A DNA stretch of 64,000 bases, taken from assembly GCA_964537935.1 (NCBI GenBank), contig CAZICT010000002.1:76922-140921 (forward strand), given 5' to 3'. The translations under genes were made by a program, and so were the position numbers. This stretch comes from an uncultured Candidatus Saccharibacteria bacterium (lineage in GTDB: Bacteria > Patescibacteriota > Saccharimonadia > Saccharimonadales > CAZICT01). A model generated the notes under the pieces. The model saw nothing but the letters and a program-made list of their open reading frames with translations. It made no database searches and had not been told where the DNA came from. Shown piece after piece: positions 53,212 to 61,989 of this stretch; position 1 is the stretch's first letter; the number at the start of each line of letters is the position of its first letter.

Positions 53212-53736
53212 ATGTCAGAAAAACTATCCAGCACAATAGAATTGCCCCCACCGCATCCAGAAGCGGATGTTCAAGCCTTGCCGGAGGTGGCTCAGCCAAG
53301 CTATGAAGCGGTAGACTACTTAATCCAAACTCATGAAGAAGCAGTCCGTAAAGGCCGTAATGAGCTGGCTGATAACCTGGGCAGATTTCTGGAAGAATCA
53401 CCGGAATTATTGCTTGGAGATAACTGGGTAGCCCAACGTCTTGCCGGGTTCATAGAAGGCGTTAAGGCATATGAAGCAGATTCTACTCTGGAATTCCATG
53501 CACCATGGTTTGATTTAAAGGCAGGTGAGACGGATTTAGGCACTAAACTTGCTGGTACAGAGATTGTTTTAGACGTTCTTGGCTTTACGCCTCAAGCAAA
53601 AAGTCCAGATACCGACATTATAGGTTACGATTCCGAACTGTTTCCACGAATCAGCGTAGCGCGAATTGTCTCAGAGGGCGGTAAGCAGCTTAGCTATGTT
53701 GTCGGCACTAAACCTTCTACAACAGCAGCAGCCTAA
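53212..53736 (+). CDS. Hypothetical protein
   Basis: 174-aa ORF with a TAGACA-N17-TATTAT-like promoter upstream. No recognisable domain. Confidence 0.55.
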   Translation: MSEKLSSTIELPPPHPEADVQALPEVAQPSYEAVDYLIQTHEEAVRKGRNELADNLGRFLEESPELLLGDNWVAQRLAGFIEGVKAYEADSTLEFHAPWFDLKAGETDLGTKLAGTEIVLDVLGFTPQAKSPDTDIIGYDSELFPRISVARIVSEGGKQLSYVVGTKPSTTAAA

Positions 53737-53745
53737 GCTCATAAT

Positions 53746-54060
53746 TTATAATGAATCTTTTGGGTCGACTTCTATATCTACAGAACCTACGACATTTTCC
53801 GGTTCTAACGATTCCAGGAGTCGAGTCGGATAAGCTACCTGCTTTTTATAATACGAACTTTCCCGATTGGGCCCATTCATTTTTATCCCTAAAAGCTTAG
53901 CCTTTTGCTGCTCAATAACAAGCAGCTTAAGGGCTTGAACTATTAAATCAGCCTCAGCTCTGGTTCCTTTTAGTACCACACAATCTTCCTGGGTAGTTAC
54001 CCAACCTGCATTGTAGTTAGCCTCATAGCCGCCTTCTTTTTTTACATCGTATCTTTCCAT
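53746..54060 (-). CDS. Hypothetical protein (downstream of the CYTH-kinase gene)
   Basis: 104-aa ORF located 13 nt after the 54074 stop. Confidence 0.5.
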   Translation of the reverse strand: MERYDVKKEGGYEANYNAGWVTTQEDCVVLKGTRAEADLIVQALKLLVIEQQKAKLLGIKMNGPNRESSYYKKQVAYPTRLLESLEPENVVGSVDIEVDPKDSL

Positions 54061-54073
54061 TTTTTAACTCCTT

Positions 54074-55213
54074 TTAAGTATAAATAACCATGTCGGCCGA
54101 TTTCTTCTGGGATTGGCCATGTTTGGCATATGTTGGTTCGGCAACTTCCATGCAATAGCGGAAATTAGACTCTATTGGCCAGGATGTTTCACGCGTGCCT
54201 AAATCGCGCTGAACGCGTCGGGCTACCCGAGTGGCTACCGGCGCATCGACGAACAATTTAACATCGAGCGCATCAACCATATCGGGGTGCAGGGTATAGA
54301 GACCTTCAACGATAATGGGATTACCCGGCAGTGCTTTAATATGCTCAGTTATACCTTGCGGGTCACAATCAACCATACTGTACCGTGGCTTTTCAACGGT
54401 TTGGCCGCTCGCTAGTTCGCCGAGTTGTTGGCCGATGAAACGAAGACTCCAGGCTTCCGGATGATCCCAGTTTATTTCCTCAAACGTATAGCCGAAGGCC
54501 CGGCGCATATACGTTTTGCCGCGGTAGTAGTCATCGGTGCTGATAAGCATTCCATTCGTTTCTTCTCTAAGCTTCCGGGCAAGCGTGGTCTTGCCGCTCC
54601 CGCTGCCCCCGGCAATACCGATGACCATGGGGTTGGCCTGTGCAGCTTGCCGTTCCCGCAGCTCCTCGATTACTTCTTCTTGATTGGTCGGAGACGGTGC
54701 TTCACGTGTTTGCTTGATGCCGATATTGCGGTTTTTAAACCGAGGGTTTGTGGTGACATCCTGCCATTTATCTGCCAGCTCCGCTTCCTGAGCAAGCGAG
54801 CCGCCCTCTAACTCCGCCAACCAGAACTGTTCTCCATTAATGGTGAGGCGGTCGAGCGCCAGTCGCCCGGCCATGTGGGGCAGGTGGTAGCGTAATTTAG
54901 AAATATGATTAACCCCTTTTGTTTCCCAGTAATCAAAACTGTCGGGCGATATCTCAACTTCCAGTTCTTGCCGAAATGGCAACTCTCCCAATTTCAGCGT
55001 TGCGGTGTAATGTTGGCGGTTATTTGCGAACGATTCTTTACGGACCCGTAGTTCGGGATGCTCGTGCGGCGCGGAAATATATGTCTGATCTATCCTGACC
55101 GGTTGCTCATGAGCTATGAACTCTTTTGCTTCATGTTGGCCAAGAAGATATTTACGTTCTTTTTCAACTGCAAGTTCCGGCATATCGGCTCCTTTTTTAA
55201 CTGCCAGCTTCAC
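54074..55213 (-). CDS. Fusion protein: N-terminal CYTH (triphosphate-tunnel) domain plus C-terminal uridine-kinase-type P-loop kinase
   Basis: The CYTH ExExK motif in LAVEKERKYLL, the kinase P-loop IGIAGGSGSGKTTLARKL, and LISTDDYY. Confidence 0.75.
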   Translation of the reverse strand: MKLAVKKGADMPELAVEKERKYLLGQHEAKEFIAHEQPVRIDQTYISAPHEHPELRVRKESFANNRQHYTATLKLGELPFRQELEVEISPDSFDYWETKGVNHISKLRYHLPHMAGRLALDRLTINGEQFWLAELEGGSLAQEAELADKWQDVTTNPRFKNRNIGIKQTREAPSPTNQEEVIEELRERQAAQANPMVIGIAGGSGSGKTTLARKLREETNGMLISTDDYYRGKTYMRRAFGYTFEEINWDHPEAWSLRFIGQQLGELASGQTVEKPRYSMVDCDPQGITEHIKALPGNPIIVEGLYTLHPDMVDALDVKLFVDAPVATRVARRVQRDLGTRETSWPIESNFRYCMEVAEPTYAKHGQSQKKSADMVIYT

Positions 55214-55304
55214 CGTAACTAAATAACAGTGATTAGTATAGAAAGTTCATTTTGAGTCAATATATTTTGACAATTTCATAAAAATAAGGATATATAATCA
55301 GTCA

Positions 55305-55952
55305 ATGCATTGGATACGTACACACATTCTTGAGCAACTTTTATATCACGAAACGCGGCGCAACCGAGATCTACGGCCACCAGGAGTCGAAAGTAATCTA
55401 TTTCAGTATCATCTAAGCCAATTGGTAAAAGACGGCTGGGTCGCAAAAACACCCGAAAGATACATGCTTGCGCCGCGAGGGCTTGCATGGGCAGATAAGT
55501 ACAGCGGTCAGCTAAAAGATATCCGGCCGCAAACCAAACTTGTGACTATCATAGGGCTCCGGAACGAAAAGGGTGAGTACGCATTAATACGTAAGGCCCG
55601 CCAGCCATTTGTTGGTAAATGGTACATGCCTTCCGGCAAGATGCGCTACGGTGAGCCTATTGTCGTGGCCGCTCATCGTGAGGCGCACGAAAAACTTGGG
55701 CTAACTGATGTACCAATGGAATTTACGGGAACTATTCGAGTGTGTGTACGGAGCACCGAATGTATCGTTACCGATTACCTCGGCTTTATGTTTGAAGTAA
55801 TAAGCCGCAAGTGCGAAACGCCATATCAAGTACGCTGGTTCTTACCTAAAGCGTCAAATGACCAAGAATTTGCACCAGGCACGCTCGAAACTATTGAGGC
55901 GCTGAAGTGTCGCATACCACATACCGAGACTCTATTGGAAGATGAGCTATAA
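55305..55952 (+). CDS. Winged-HTH plus Nudix-hydrolase-domain protein
   Basis: The N-terminal LFQYHLSQLVKDGWVAK is a wHTH-like region. The Nudix box is GKMRYGEPIVVAAHREAHEKLGL. Confidence 0.75.
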   Translation: MHWIRTHILEQLLYHETRRNRDLRPPGVESNLFQYHLSQLVKDGWVAKTPERYMLAPRGLAWADKYSGQLKDIRPQTKLVTIIGLRNEKGEYALIRKARQPFVGKWYMPSGKMRYGEPIVVAAHREAHEKLGLTDVPMEFTGTIRVCVRSTECIVTDYLGFMFEVISRKCETPYQVRWFLPKASNDQEFAPGTLETIEALKCRIPHTETLLEDEL

Positions 55953-56023
55953 ACATACTACTCAAAGGTATTGCATAAAATGCTATTTTGTACTATTGTT
56001 TAGTAAAACATAGGAGTTGTTTT

Positions 56024-56446
56024 ATGTGGCCTTTTAATCGAAACAAGAAAGAACAATCAAATTATCCGCCGGAAGTTCAAGACTACTATCAGTCAGAAAA
56101 GCGTGAACGCACTGGCATTGCCTGGTTATTAGCTTTGGGGACACTTATAGCTACGGTGATCATAGCTATTAGTTTATTCTTTGGCGGCCGATGGCTGTTC
56201 AACACCATATTTAACAGTGATGACGATACCTCAACCAGTCAAACCGACCAAACACAAAACGGTGACCCGCAAACCCAGTCAGAAACGGATGAAGCTCCTG
56301 TCGTTGAAGATCAGCCAGAGGCGACCGAAGACAACAATCAAGATGACGAATCAGAAGTGACTGAGTCTGAGGCCCCACAGCCAACCACAACGCCGAATAC
56401 CGGACCGGCCGCTACGGAGCTTCCGAACACTGGACCTGGTTTGTAA
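56024..56446 (+). CDS. N-terminally anchored acidic, low-complexity protein ending in LPNTGPGL
   Basis: AGGAG lies 7 nt before the ATG at 56024. TM segment IAWLLALGTLIATVIIAISLFF, then a T/Q/D/E-rich tail. The C-terminus is ...ATELPNTGPGL*. Confidence 0.6.
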   Translation: MWPFNRNKKEQSNYPPEVQDYYQSEKRERTGIAWLLALGTLIATVIIAISLFFGGRWLFNTIFNSDDDTSTSQTDQTQNGDPQTQSETDEAPVVEDQPEATEDNNQDDESEVTESEAPQPTTTPNTGPAATELPNTGPGL

Positions 56447-56603
56447 ATTTCCTCACATGCCAACACTTTGGCACATGCTAAACTAAAACTAGATAATGAT
56501 ATTTCGCTATATCAGAGCAGGAAACTATAAACAGGAGATAAGAGAGGTCGTAATCAGGAAATATCCACGCCTCTGCATGGAATAACCTATAGGAGGTGGG
56601 TTA

Positions 56604-56984
56604 ATGGCACAGTTAACACGGCAAGAGGTACAGCAAATTGTTGATGGCGCACGGAAAAATATCCTGGATCGGGTGCTCAGTCGTCAGGACATAGTGCGTG
56701 CGACCGAAGCTATTCGTGACCGGCTCATGAATTATACTCAAGACATTTTGCAAGTACATCAACAAAATCTAATTCGACGTAATGACACCCAAATCACAGA
56801 ACTAGCTAAACGGCTTATATCAATTGAAAACAGAGTAGCCGGAATGGAACAAGAAATTAAAATTGTTATTAACTTGTTGCAGCAGTTAGCCGAGCGTGAG
56901 CCGCAACAGGTGATAATGCCGGTAATGGCTGAGGGCGGTAAGCCGGTTACGCCCGAGCGGCGATACACCTACGCCAGCACCTAA
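56604..56984 (+). CDS. Hypothetical coiled-coil protein
   Basis: 126-aa ORF preceded by a GGAGGTGG RBS. Confidence 0.6.
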   Translation: MAQLTRQEVQQIVDGARKNILDRVLSRQDIVRATEAIRDRLMNYTQDILQVHQQNLIRRNDTQITELAKRLISIENRVAGMEQEIKIVINLLQQLAEREPQQVIMPVMAEGGKPVTPERRYTYAST

Positions 56985-56986
56985 AA

Positions 56987-57015
56987 AGCCTGGGGAATAA
57001 ATCCCAGGCTTTTTA
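56987..57015. terminator. Bidirectional rho-independent terminator between convergent genes
   Basis: agcctggg (56987-56994) pairs with cccaggct (57003-57010), flanked by an A-run on the left and a T-run on the right. Confidence 0.7.
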
Positions 57016-57039
57016 TTCAGGTATTTAAGTCAACGGCTT

Positions 57040-57471
57040 TCAGTTATTGTGTTGCTGAGTAAAGTAGTTTATCTCGTTTATCACATCCAGGAGGGCTTGA
57101 GCTCGTGCTTTGTCGTCGGTTATTTTTTTGGCGGTTTCAAACGCCTCTTTAAGTTTTGTTTGATCATCCGAAGCTTGAATCATCATCATCAGCGTACGGA
57201 ATTTTTCTTCTGGCTGCTGCTCAAGGTGTCCAACGAGCGGTGTTAACTGCTGTAGAGCCTGCTGCTTCAAGTCTAGCAGTTCATCGGAATGTCCGCCTCC
57301 GCTAGAAGGAGTATGCGCATTTGGTGAAGCGTGTGCACTATTTACGCTACCGTTATGAGTTGGCGGCATAAAACCGTTGTCTGCGCCGGTCTGATTGCTA
57401 TTGCCATCTTGTGCAAGGGCTGCAAAAGGCGTTGAATTATTTGATTGTTGTTGGTCGTCGTTGCCGAACAT
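57040..57471 (-). CDS. Hypothetical protein (low-complexity N-half, helical C-half)
   Basis: The ATG at 57471 (MFGNDDQQQSNN...) has AAGGGG upstream and gives 143 aa. Confidence 0.55.
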   Translation of the reverse strand: MFGNDDQQQSNNSTPFAALAQDGNSNQTGADNGFMPPTHNGSVNSAHASPNAHTPSSGGGHSDELLDLKQQALQQLTPLVGHLEQQPEEKFRTLMMMIQASDDQTKLKEAFETAKKITDDKARAQALLDVINEINYFTQQHNN

Positions 57472-57601
57472 TTGTCCACCCCTTGCCCGCATCAGGCGGG
57501 CGTTTAACGTTAAACTATTTTCAAATTACAAACTTATCTTAAAACATAAGAATTAAAAATTCTACCCTATTACTAAAGATACGTTTGTTAAAGATAATGA
57601 A

Positions 57602-58663
57602 ATGAACAAGCTAAAAATGTACAATGTGGATATGCTCGATAACCTAAAATATATCCATGACCGTGATGCTCAAGATGCACTTGGTATAGCCGAGAAGCAA
57701 TGGCAGCAATTACAAACTCCTTATGACATACCTGAAATAACTGCCGATATTCACAATATAGTCTTCGCAGGCATGGGAGGCTCGGCTCTGGCAGCCCTTC
57801 TAAGCATGAGCTGGCCAGGTTATGATCGGCCATTCGAAATTTGCCGTAACTATGACATTCCAAGCTACGTGGATGGTAATACGTTGTTTATCGCATCGAG
57901 CTATTCCGGCAATACCGAGGAAACCTTAGAGGCCCTTAGTAAAGCCGAAGAAAAAGGCGCGGTTATCGCGGTTATCGCTAACGGCGGCATGCTTGTCGAA
58001 CGGGCAAAGGAGAAAAATTATCCCTTGGCAGTACTGCCTGATACCGGCCAACCGCGCTTTAGCGTACTGGCTGGAATCAAGGCCATAGTGTCGCTTCTTG
58101 AAAAGACGGGACTGATTAGTGCCGAAGATGCAGCAAAACAGATTAATGAGGCAAGTGATTTTCTGAAACAATCGGTTACGGCCTGGTTGCCTACAGTTCC
58201 GACAGCACAAAACCCTGCTAAACAAATTGCTCTTGAGGTTATCGGCAAATCGGCAGTTATTTATTCCGGACCGAAGTTATATCCGGCGGCCTATAAATGG
58301 AAAATCGGATTTAATGAGAATGCCAAACATGTGGCTTGGGTCAACCAATACCCGGAATTTAATCACAATGAATTTCTTGGCTGGTCGAGCCATCCCCCAG
58401 ATAAGCCTTATACGGTAATTGATCTTCGAAGCAGCCTTGAGCACGAACGGGTCCAAAAGCGGTTCGATGTCAGTCAGCGATTGCTTTCTGGGCAGAGGCC
58501 GGCACCAATCGTGGTAAATATAGAGGGACGAACGCTGTTGGATCAGCTCCTTTGGGCCGCTGCCTTTGGAGATTTTGTAACTCTCTATACCGCGCTGTTA
58601 AATGGTCTCAACCCGACTCCGGTCGACCTGATTGAGAACTTCAAAAAGGAACTGAATGCCTAA
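57602..58663 (+). CDS. Bifunctional phosphoglucose/phosphomannose isomerase (SIS-domain, archaeal/bacterial PGI-PMI type)
   Basis: 353-aa ORF. VFAGMGGSALAA and ASSYSGNTEETL are SIS motifs. The C-terminal ...NEFLGW...DLR region is typical of bact-PGI_C. Confidence 0.75.
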   Translation: MNKLKMYNVDMLDNLKYIHDRDAQDALGIAEKQWQQLQTPYDIPEITADIHNIVFAGMGGSALAALLSMSWPGYDRPFEICRNYDIPSYVDGNTLFIASSYSGNTEETLEALSKAEEKGAVIAVIANGGMLVERAKEKNYPLAVLPDTGQPRFSVLAGIKAIVSLLEKTGLISAEDAAKQINEASDFLKQSVTAWLPTVPTAQNPAKQIALEVIGKSAVIYSGPKLYPAAYKWKIGFNENAKHVAWVNQYPEFNHNEFLGWSSHPPDKPYTVIDLRSSLEHERVQKRFDVSQRLLSGQRPAPIVVNIEGRTLLDQLLWAAAFGDFVTLYTALLNGLNPTPVDLIENFKKELNA

Positions 58664-59406
58664 TGAAGGTGGAAGATAGGATTAGAGGTCTCGGCACTAT
58701 TTTAGGAATCTGGGCTCACCCGGATGATGAAACATTTAGCATGGGCGGGCTTATGGCTGTAGCCACGCAAAATGGTCAAACGGTTGCTTGCATAACGGCC
58801 ACCAAAGGAGAGCAGGGGGTACAGGATGAGGCCAAGTGGCCGGCTGAGCGGCTTGCAGAAATCCGCGAAACCGAGCTGGAGAACGCCTTGCAAATCCTGG
58901 GTGTAACAAACCACCACTGGCTTGGTTATTCAGACGGAGCATGTGCGGCAATAGAAGATACTGTGGCCGTTAATAACATAGTGCCTTTTATAGAGAAGTA
59001 TCGCCCTGATACTGTTATAACCTTTCCTCCAGACGGCTTAACCGGACACGATGATCATCGCAGTGTCTCTCGGTGGACTCGTTTGGCGGTTGAAGCAAGT
59101 GCTGTAAACACCAACCTGTACTACGCGGTCGATACTAAAGAAATATACGATAAATACCTTCGAGAAGCCGATCAGAAATTTAATATTTTTTTCATGGTTG
59201 ACGAACCGGTATTGATACCTGAAGCAGAATGCGACATGGCGTTTACATTCTCTGACGAGGTGGTTGCTCTTAAGTTGGACGCTCTTAAGGTAATGCCATC
59301 CCAAACCTCCGGTATGTTTGAAGGTAACGACAGTCATTGGATGGAAGGGTCGCTTTGCTGCGAGGCTTTTGTTTCATCTGACAGGAGCAGTGAATACTGG
59401 GCTTAG
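58663..59406 (+). CDS. PIG-L/LmbE-family N-acetylglucosaminyl deacetylase
   Basis: ILGIWAHPDDETFSMGG and GHDDH motifs. Confidence 0.8.
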   Translation: MKVEDRIRGLGTILGIWAHPDDETFSMGGLMAVATQNGQTVACITATKGEQGVQDEAKWPAERLAEIRETELENALQILGVTNHHWLGYSDGACAAIEDTVAVNNIVPFIEKYRPDTVITFPPDGLTGHDDHRSVSRWTRLAVEASAVNTNLYYAVDTKEIYDKYLREADQKFNIFFMVDEPVLIPEAECDMAFTFSDEVVALKLDALKVMPSQTSGMFEGNDSHWMEGSLCCEAFVSSDRSSEYWA

Positions 59407-59921
59407 ATCGGTTTTGGTTTAAGTCCCATCAAGAATCCGATATAACTTACGGCTACATGAAGACCGAAGTAAGCAACAATAATAGCCATTATCTCCTTGC
59501 CGTCCAATAAAATTAGCGGACTGACGAACACCAGGCCGCCAATTACGTAATCAAGCTGATCAAAAGGAAACCAGCTTGTACCTGGAGCTATGTTGCGCTG
59601 CCGCTTTAGGTAGCTTTCAACGGCATCACCAACCAAGGCGCCTAAGCCGAGGACGCAGCCCACAATAAATAAATTATGTTCATCGAAACCGGTAAGTAGC
59701 GGTGACAGAATATATCCGGTTACTCCACCCATCAATGTACCGAACAATAATCCACGCCAGGTCTTGTTATCACCGAGGATGCGCCGGCCGCGGCGGCTTT
59801 TGCCCATATCGAGAGGTGTATTCCAGTGTTTTATTATTGGAGTGCGTGACGCAAGAATAGGCGTCATGTTGGCAATACCCGCTGGTAGGAAGAAAAGTAC
59901 TGATGTGACGAAGATATCCAT
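59403..59921 (-). CDS. CDP-archaeol synthase (CarS/DUF46)-family membrane cytidylyltransferase homolog
   Basis: 172-aa polytopic ORF. RILGDNKTWRGLLFG and GALVGDAVESYLKRQ...FDQLDYV align by eye with the Archaeoglobus CarS blocks RILGDGKTWRGF and GAMFGDLCGSFIKRR...VDQLMF. Confidence 0.7.
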   Translation of the reverse strand: MDIFVTSVLFFLPAGIANMTPILASRTPIIKHWNTPLDMGKSRRGRRILGDNKTWRGLLFGTLMGGVTGYILSPLLTGFDEHNLFIVGCVLGLGALVGDAVESYLKRQRNIAPGTSWFPFDQLDYVIGGLVFVSPLILLDGKEIMAIIVAYFGLHVAVSYIGFLMGLKPKPI

Positions 59922-59926
59922 GATGT

Positions 59927-60580
59927 TTATGTCGCTTGAGTAAATTTTTTACGAAGCCGATGATACTTTGGGTACAGTAAGGACTGCATTCGTGGTCGCC
60001 CTGTTACAAGGCGGGCGGTTGACAATACGGTTTTAAAATCGGTTTGTGAAGGTAGCTCGCTTATCATGGTATAGGTTTTACCAATGCCTGCGCGGCCGTG
60101 GGCATCACTACTAGCCACGGGAGGGATATTATGCATCCGTGACCATGAAACTGCCTGCTTGCCACGATCCTGAAAGAATGCCCGGCCATTACAGACTTCA
60201 ATGCAGTCAATGTCCTCGGCAATGGCATCAAGGGTTGAGCGGCTTAAGCCTTTGCGGACCGTCTCAAACGGGTGAGGGATATAGACTAGGCCTCCCTGGC
60301 TTTTAATCAGTGCTATTGTCTCTTTGGCTGATAAGCCCGGCGGAACAGTTTCATGTAAAAATAGGCCAATAATTTCACCCTCGTGAGTCATGATTTCTTC
60401 TCCGACTATAATCGCATGGCCCAGTTCAGCCTGTAGCGCTTGAGCAAAATCTATACGATTATGATCAGTTACGGCTACACAATCCAGTAGGCCGGTTTTT
60501 AAAACCTGACGGTACTGTTTAGCGGTAATTCCACCGTCAGGTGAGGCGATTGAGTGGGTGTGCAGATCGAGCTTATACAT
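59927..60580 (-). CDS. PHP-domain metal-dependent phosphoesterase
   Basis: MYKLDLHTHSIASPDG...VAVTDHN...PHPF...SSDAHG. Confidence 0.8.
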   Translation of the reverse strand: MYKLDLHTHSIASPDGGITAKQYRQVLKTGLLDCVAVTDHNRIDFAQALQAELGHAIIVGEEIMTHEGEIIGLFLHETVPPGLSAKETIALIKSQGGLVYIPHPFETVRKGLSRSTLDAIAEDIDCIEVCNGRAFFQDRGKQAVSWSRMHNIPPVASSDAHGRAGIGKTYTMISELPSQTDFKTVLSTARLVTGRPRMQSLLYPKYHRLRKKFTQAT

Positions 60581-60582
60581 AA

Positions 60583-61212
60583 CTAAAGTTTACGGCTAAT
60601 TTTTATCAGGCGCTCAAAGGCTGTATAGGTGGATAGAAGCGCAATGACAATGACAATCGGAGCCAGCCATCCGCCGAGTAAACCGATTACCAACAGGGCC
60701 ATGCGGACTTCGAAACGCAGCAAACCGTCTTGAAAAATGCGATTGACCTCTGAGACGCTCAGATTTGACTTGGCAACAGCTGTTTCGCCCTTAGCTTTGA
60801 CATAACTGACACAAAGGCTGGCGCCGCAGGCGGCTACCGCCCAGACAGCTATGTGGGCATCAGGTGTATTAATGAAATAAGCGGCTACACCTACGTAGAG
60901 CAATACTTCTTTCATGCGGTCGGTACTGGCATCCAGCAACATGCCGGCAGCTGAATCACGTTTTTGCAGTCGGGCCAAAGCACCGTCCAGCGAATCGAAC
61001 AAACCGAATACTACGAGCAGCGCAGCAGCTATGATATGTTGACCACCGGCAATCAACCAGGCGATCGGTCCATGCGCTAATAAGCCGATTATCGTAACGC
61101 TGTCAGGCGATAACTTTCCGCCGCTAATGGAATTAAGTTGCCGCGCCAGGCGCTCCATGCCGGCTTTAACTATGCGCCGACAGGCATCCAAAAAGGAATT
61201 TATAATATCCAT
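60583..61212 (-). CDS. CDP-alcohol phosphatidyltransferase-family protein
   Basis: FDSLDGALARLQKRDSAAGMLLDASTDRMKE matches D-x2-DG-x2-AR-x8-G-x3-D-x3-D. I prefer the ATG at 61212 (MDIINSF...) over the track's 61266. Confidence 0.8.
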   Translation of the reverse strand: MDIINSFLDACRRIVKAGMERLARQLNSISGGKLSPDSVTIIGLLAHGPIAWLIAGGQHIIAAALLVVFGLFDSLDGALARLQKRDSAAGMLLDASTDRMKEVLLYVGVAAYFINTPDAHIAVWAVAACGASLCVSYVKAKGETAVAKSNLSVSEVNRIFQDGLLRFEVRMALLVIGLLGGWLAPIVIVIALLSTYTAFERLIKISRKL

Positions 61213-61303
61213 TAATATCCGATTATACCGTATTCTGCGGTAAACTTTGACTGCACATTCAGCCATAGGCTTAAGCAGTGCTTTATAATAAGCATTAGTA
61301 AGT

Positions 61304-61975
61304 ATGAAAGCTCTTTCGCAACAGCTTCACGGGATAGTTACAGCGCTACTTTATGTCAGCGCAGTAGGGGTGTTGCTGTTTGTTTTGCGCTCTATTGAGA
61401 GCGGAACAATCCGGTACTGGTTCTTGTTATGGAATTTGGTGCTTGCCTGGCTACCGCTGTTATTTGCCTTATGGTTGCGTAAAAGGCTTGTGTCTACTCC
61501 GTGGTTGAGCTGGCGTAATTTGGTTCTTAGTGGTATGTGGCTGGGGTTTTTACCGAATAGCTTTTATCTGGTTAGCGACCTTATTCATTTGCACAGCAGC
61601 GGTGAAGTTAGTCTGCTGTATGACGCAGTGATGTTCTGCGCCTTTATCTTTGCCGGCTTCATCGTTGGAATGATGAGTACGGTTATTGTGCATCTGGAGC
61701 TAGTGAAACGGCTTGGCTGGATGAGGTCCAGAGTAATTATTGCCTCAGTACTGCTTGCCGCTAGTTTTGCAATCCACCTGGGAAGGAGCTTGCGCTGGAA
61801 TACCTGGGATGTGCTAGTCAATCCGGCCGGTATCTTATTCGATGTGTCAGAACGGGTAATTAATCCAACTTCGTATGATCAGGCCTTCATAACTACCGGC
61901 ATATTCTTCTTGCTGTTGTCCAGTATTTATATGGTAGCGTGGCGCAGCTTTCATCTTGTCCGTAGCCTTAAATAA
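61304..61975 (+). CDS. DUF1361-family polytopic membrane protein
   Basis: 223-aa ORF. The YWFLLWNLVLAWLPLLFALWL pattern is typical of DUF1361. Confidence 0.6.
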   Translation: MKALSQQLHGIVTALLYVSAVGVLLFVLRSIESGTIRYWFLLWNLVLAWLPLLFALWLRKRLVSTPWLSWRNLVLSGMWLGFLPNSFYLVSDLIHLHSSGEVSLLYDAVMFCAFIFAGFIVGMMSTVIVHLELVKRLGWMRSRVIIASVLLAASFAIHLGRSLRWNTWDVLVNPAGILFDVSERVINPTSYDQAFITTGIFFLLLSSIYMVAWRSFHLVRSLK

Positions 61976-61989
61976 CCTGTTATACTTCG

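Noticed and set aside
56417-56446. LPNTG sortase sorting signal at the end of the 140-aa anchored protein
   Set aside because: The motif is followed by only three residues (PGL) and a stop. There is no hydrophobic segment or basic tail in any frame downstream, and no sortase gene in the window, so it is not a bona fide LPXTG signal.
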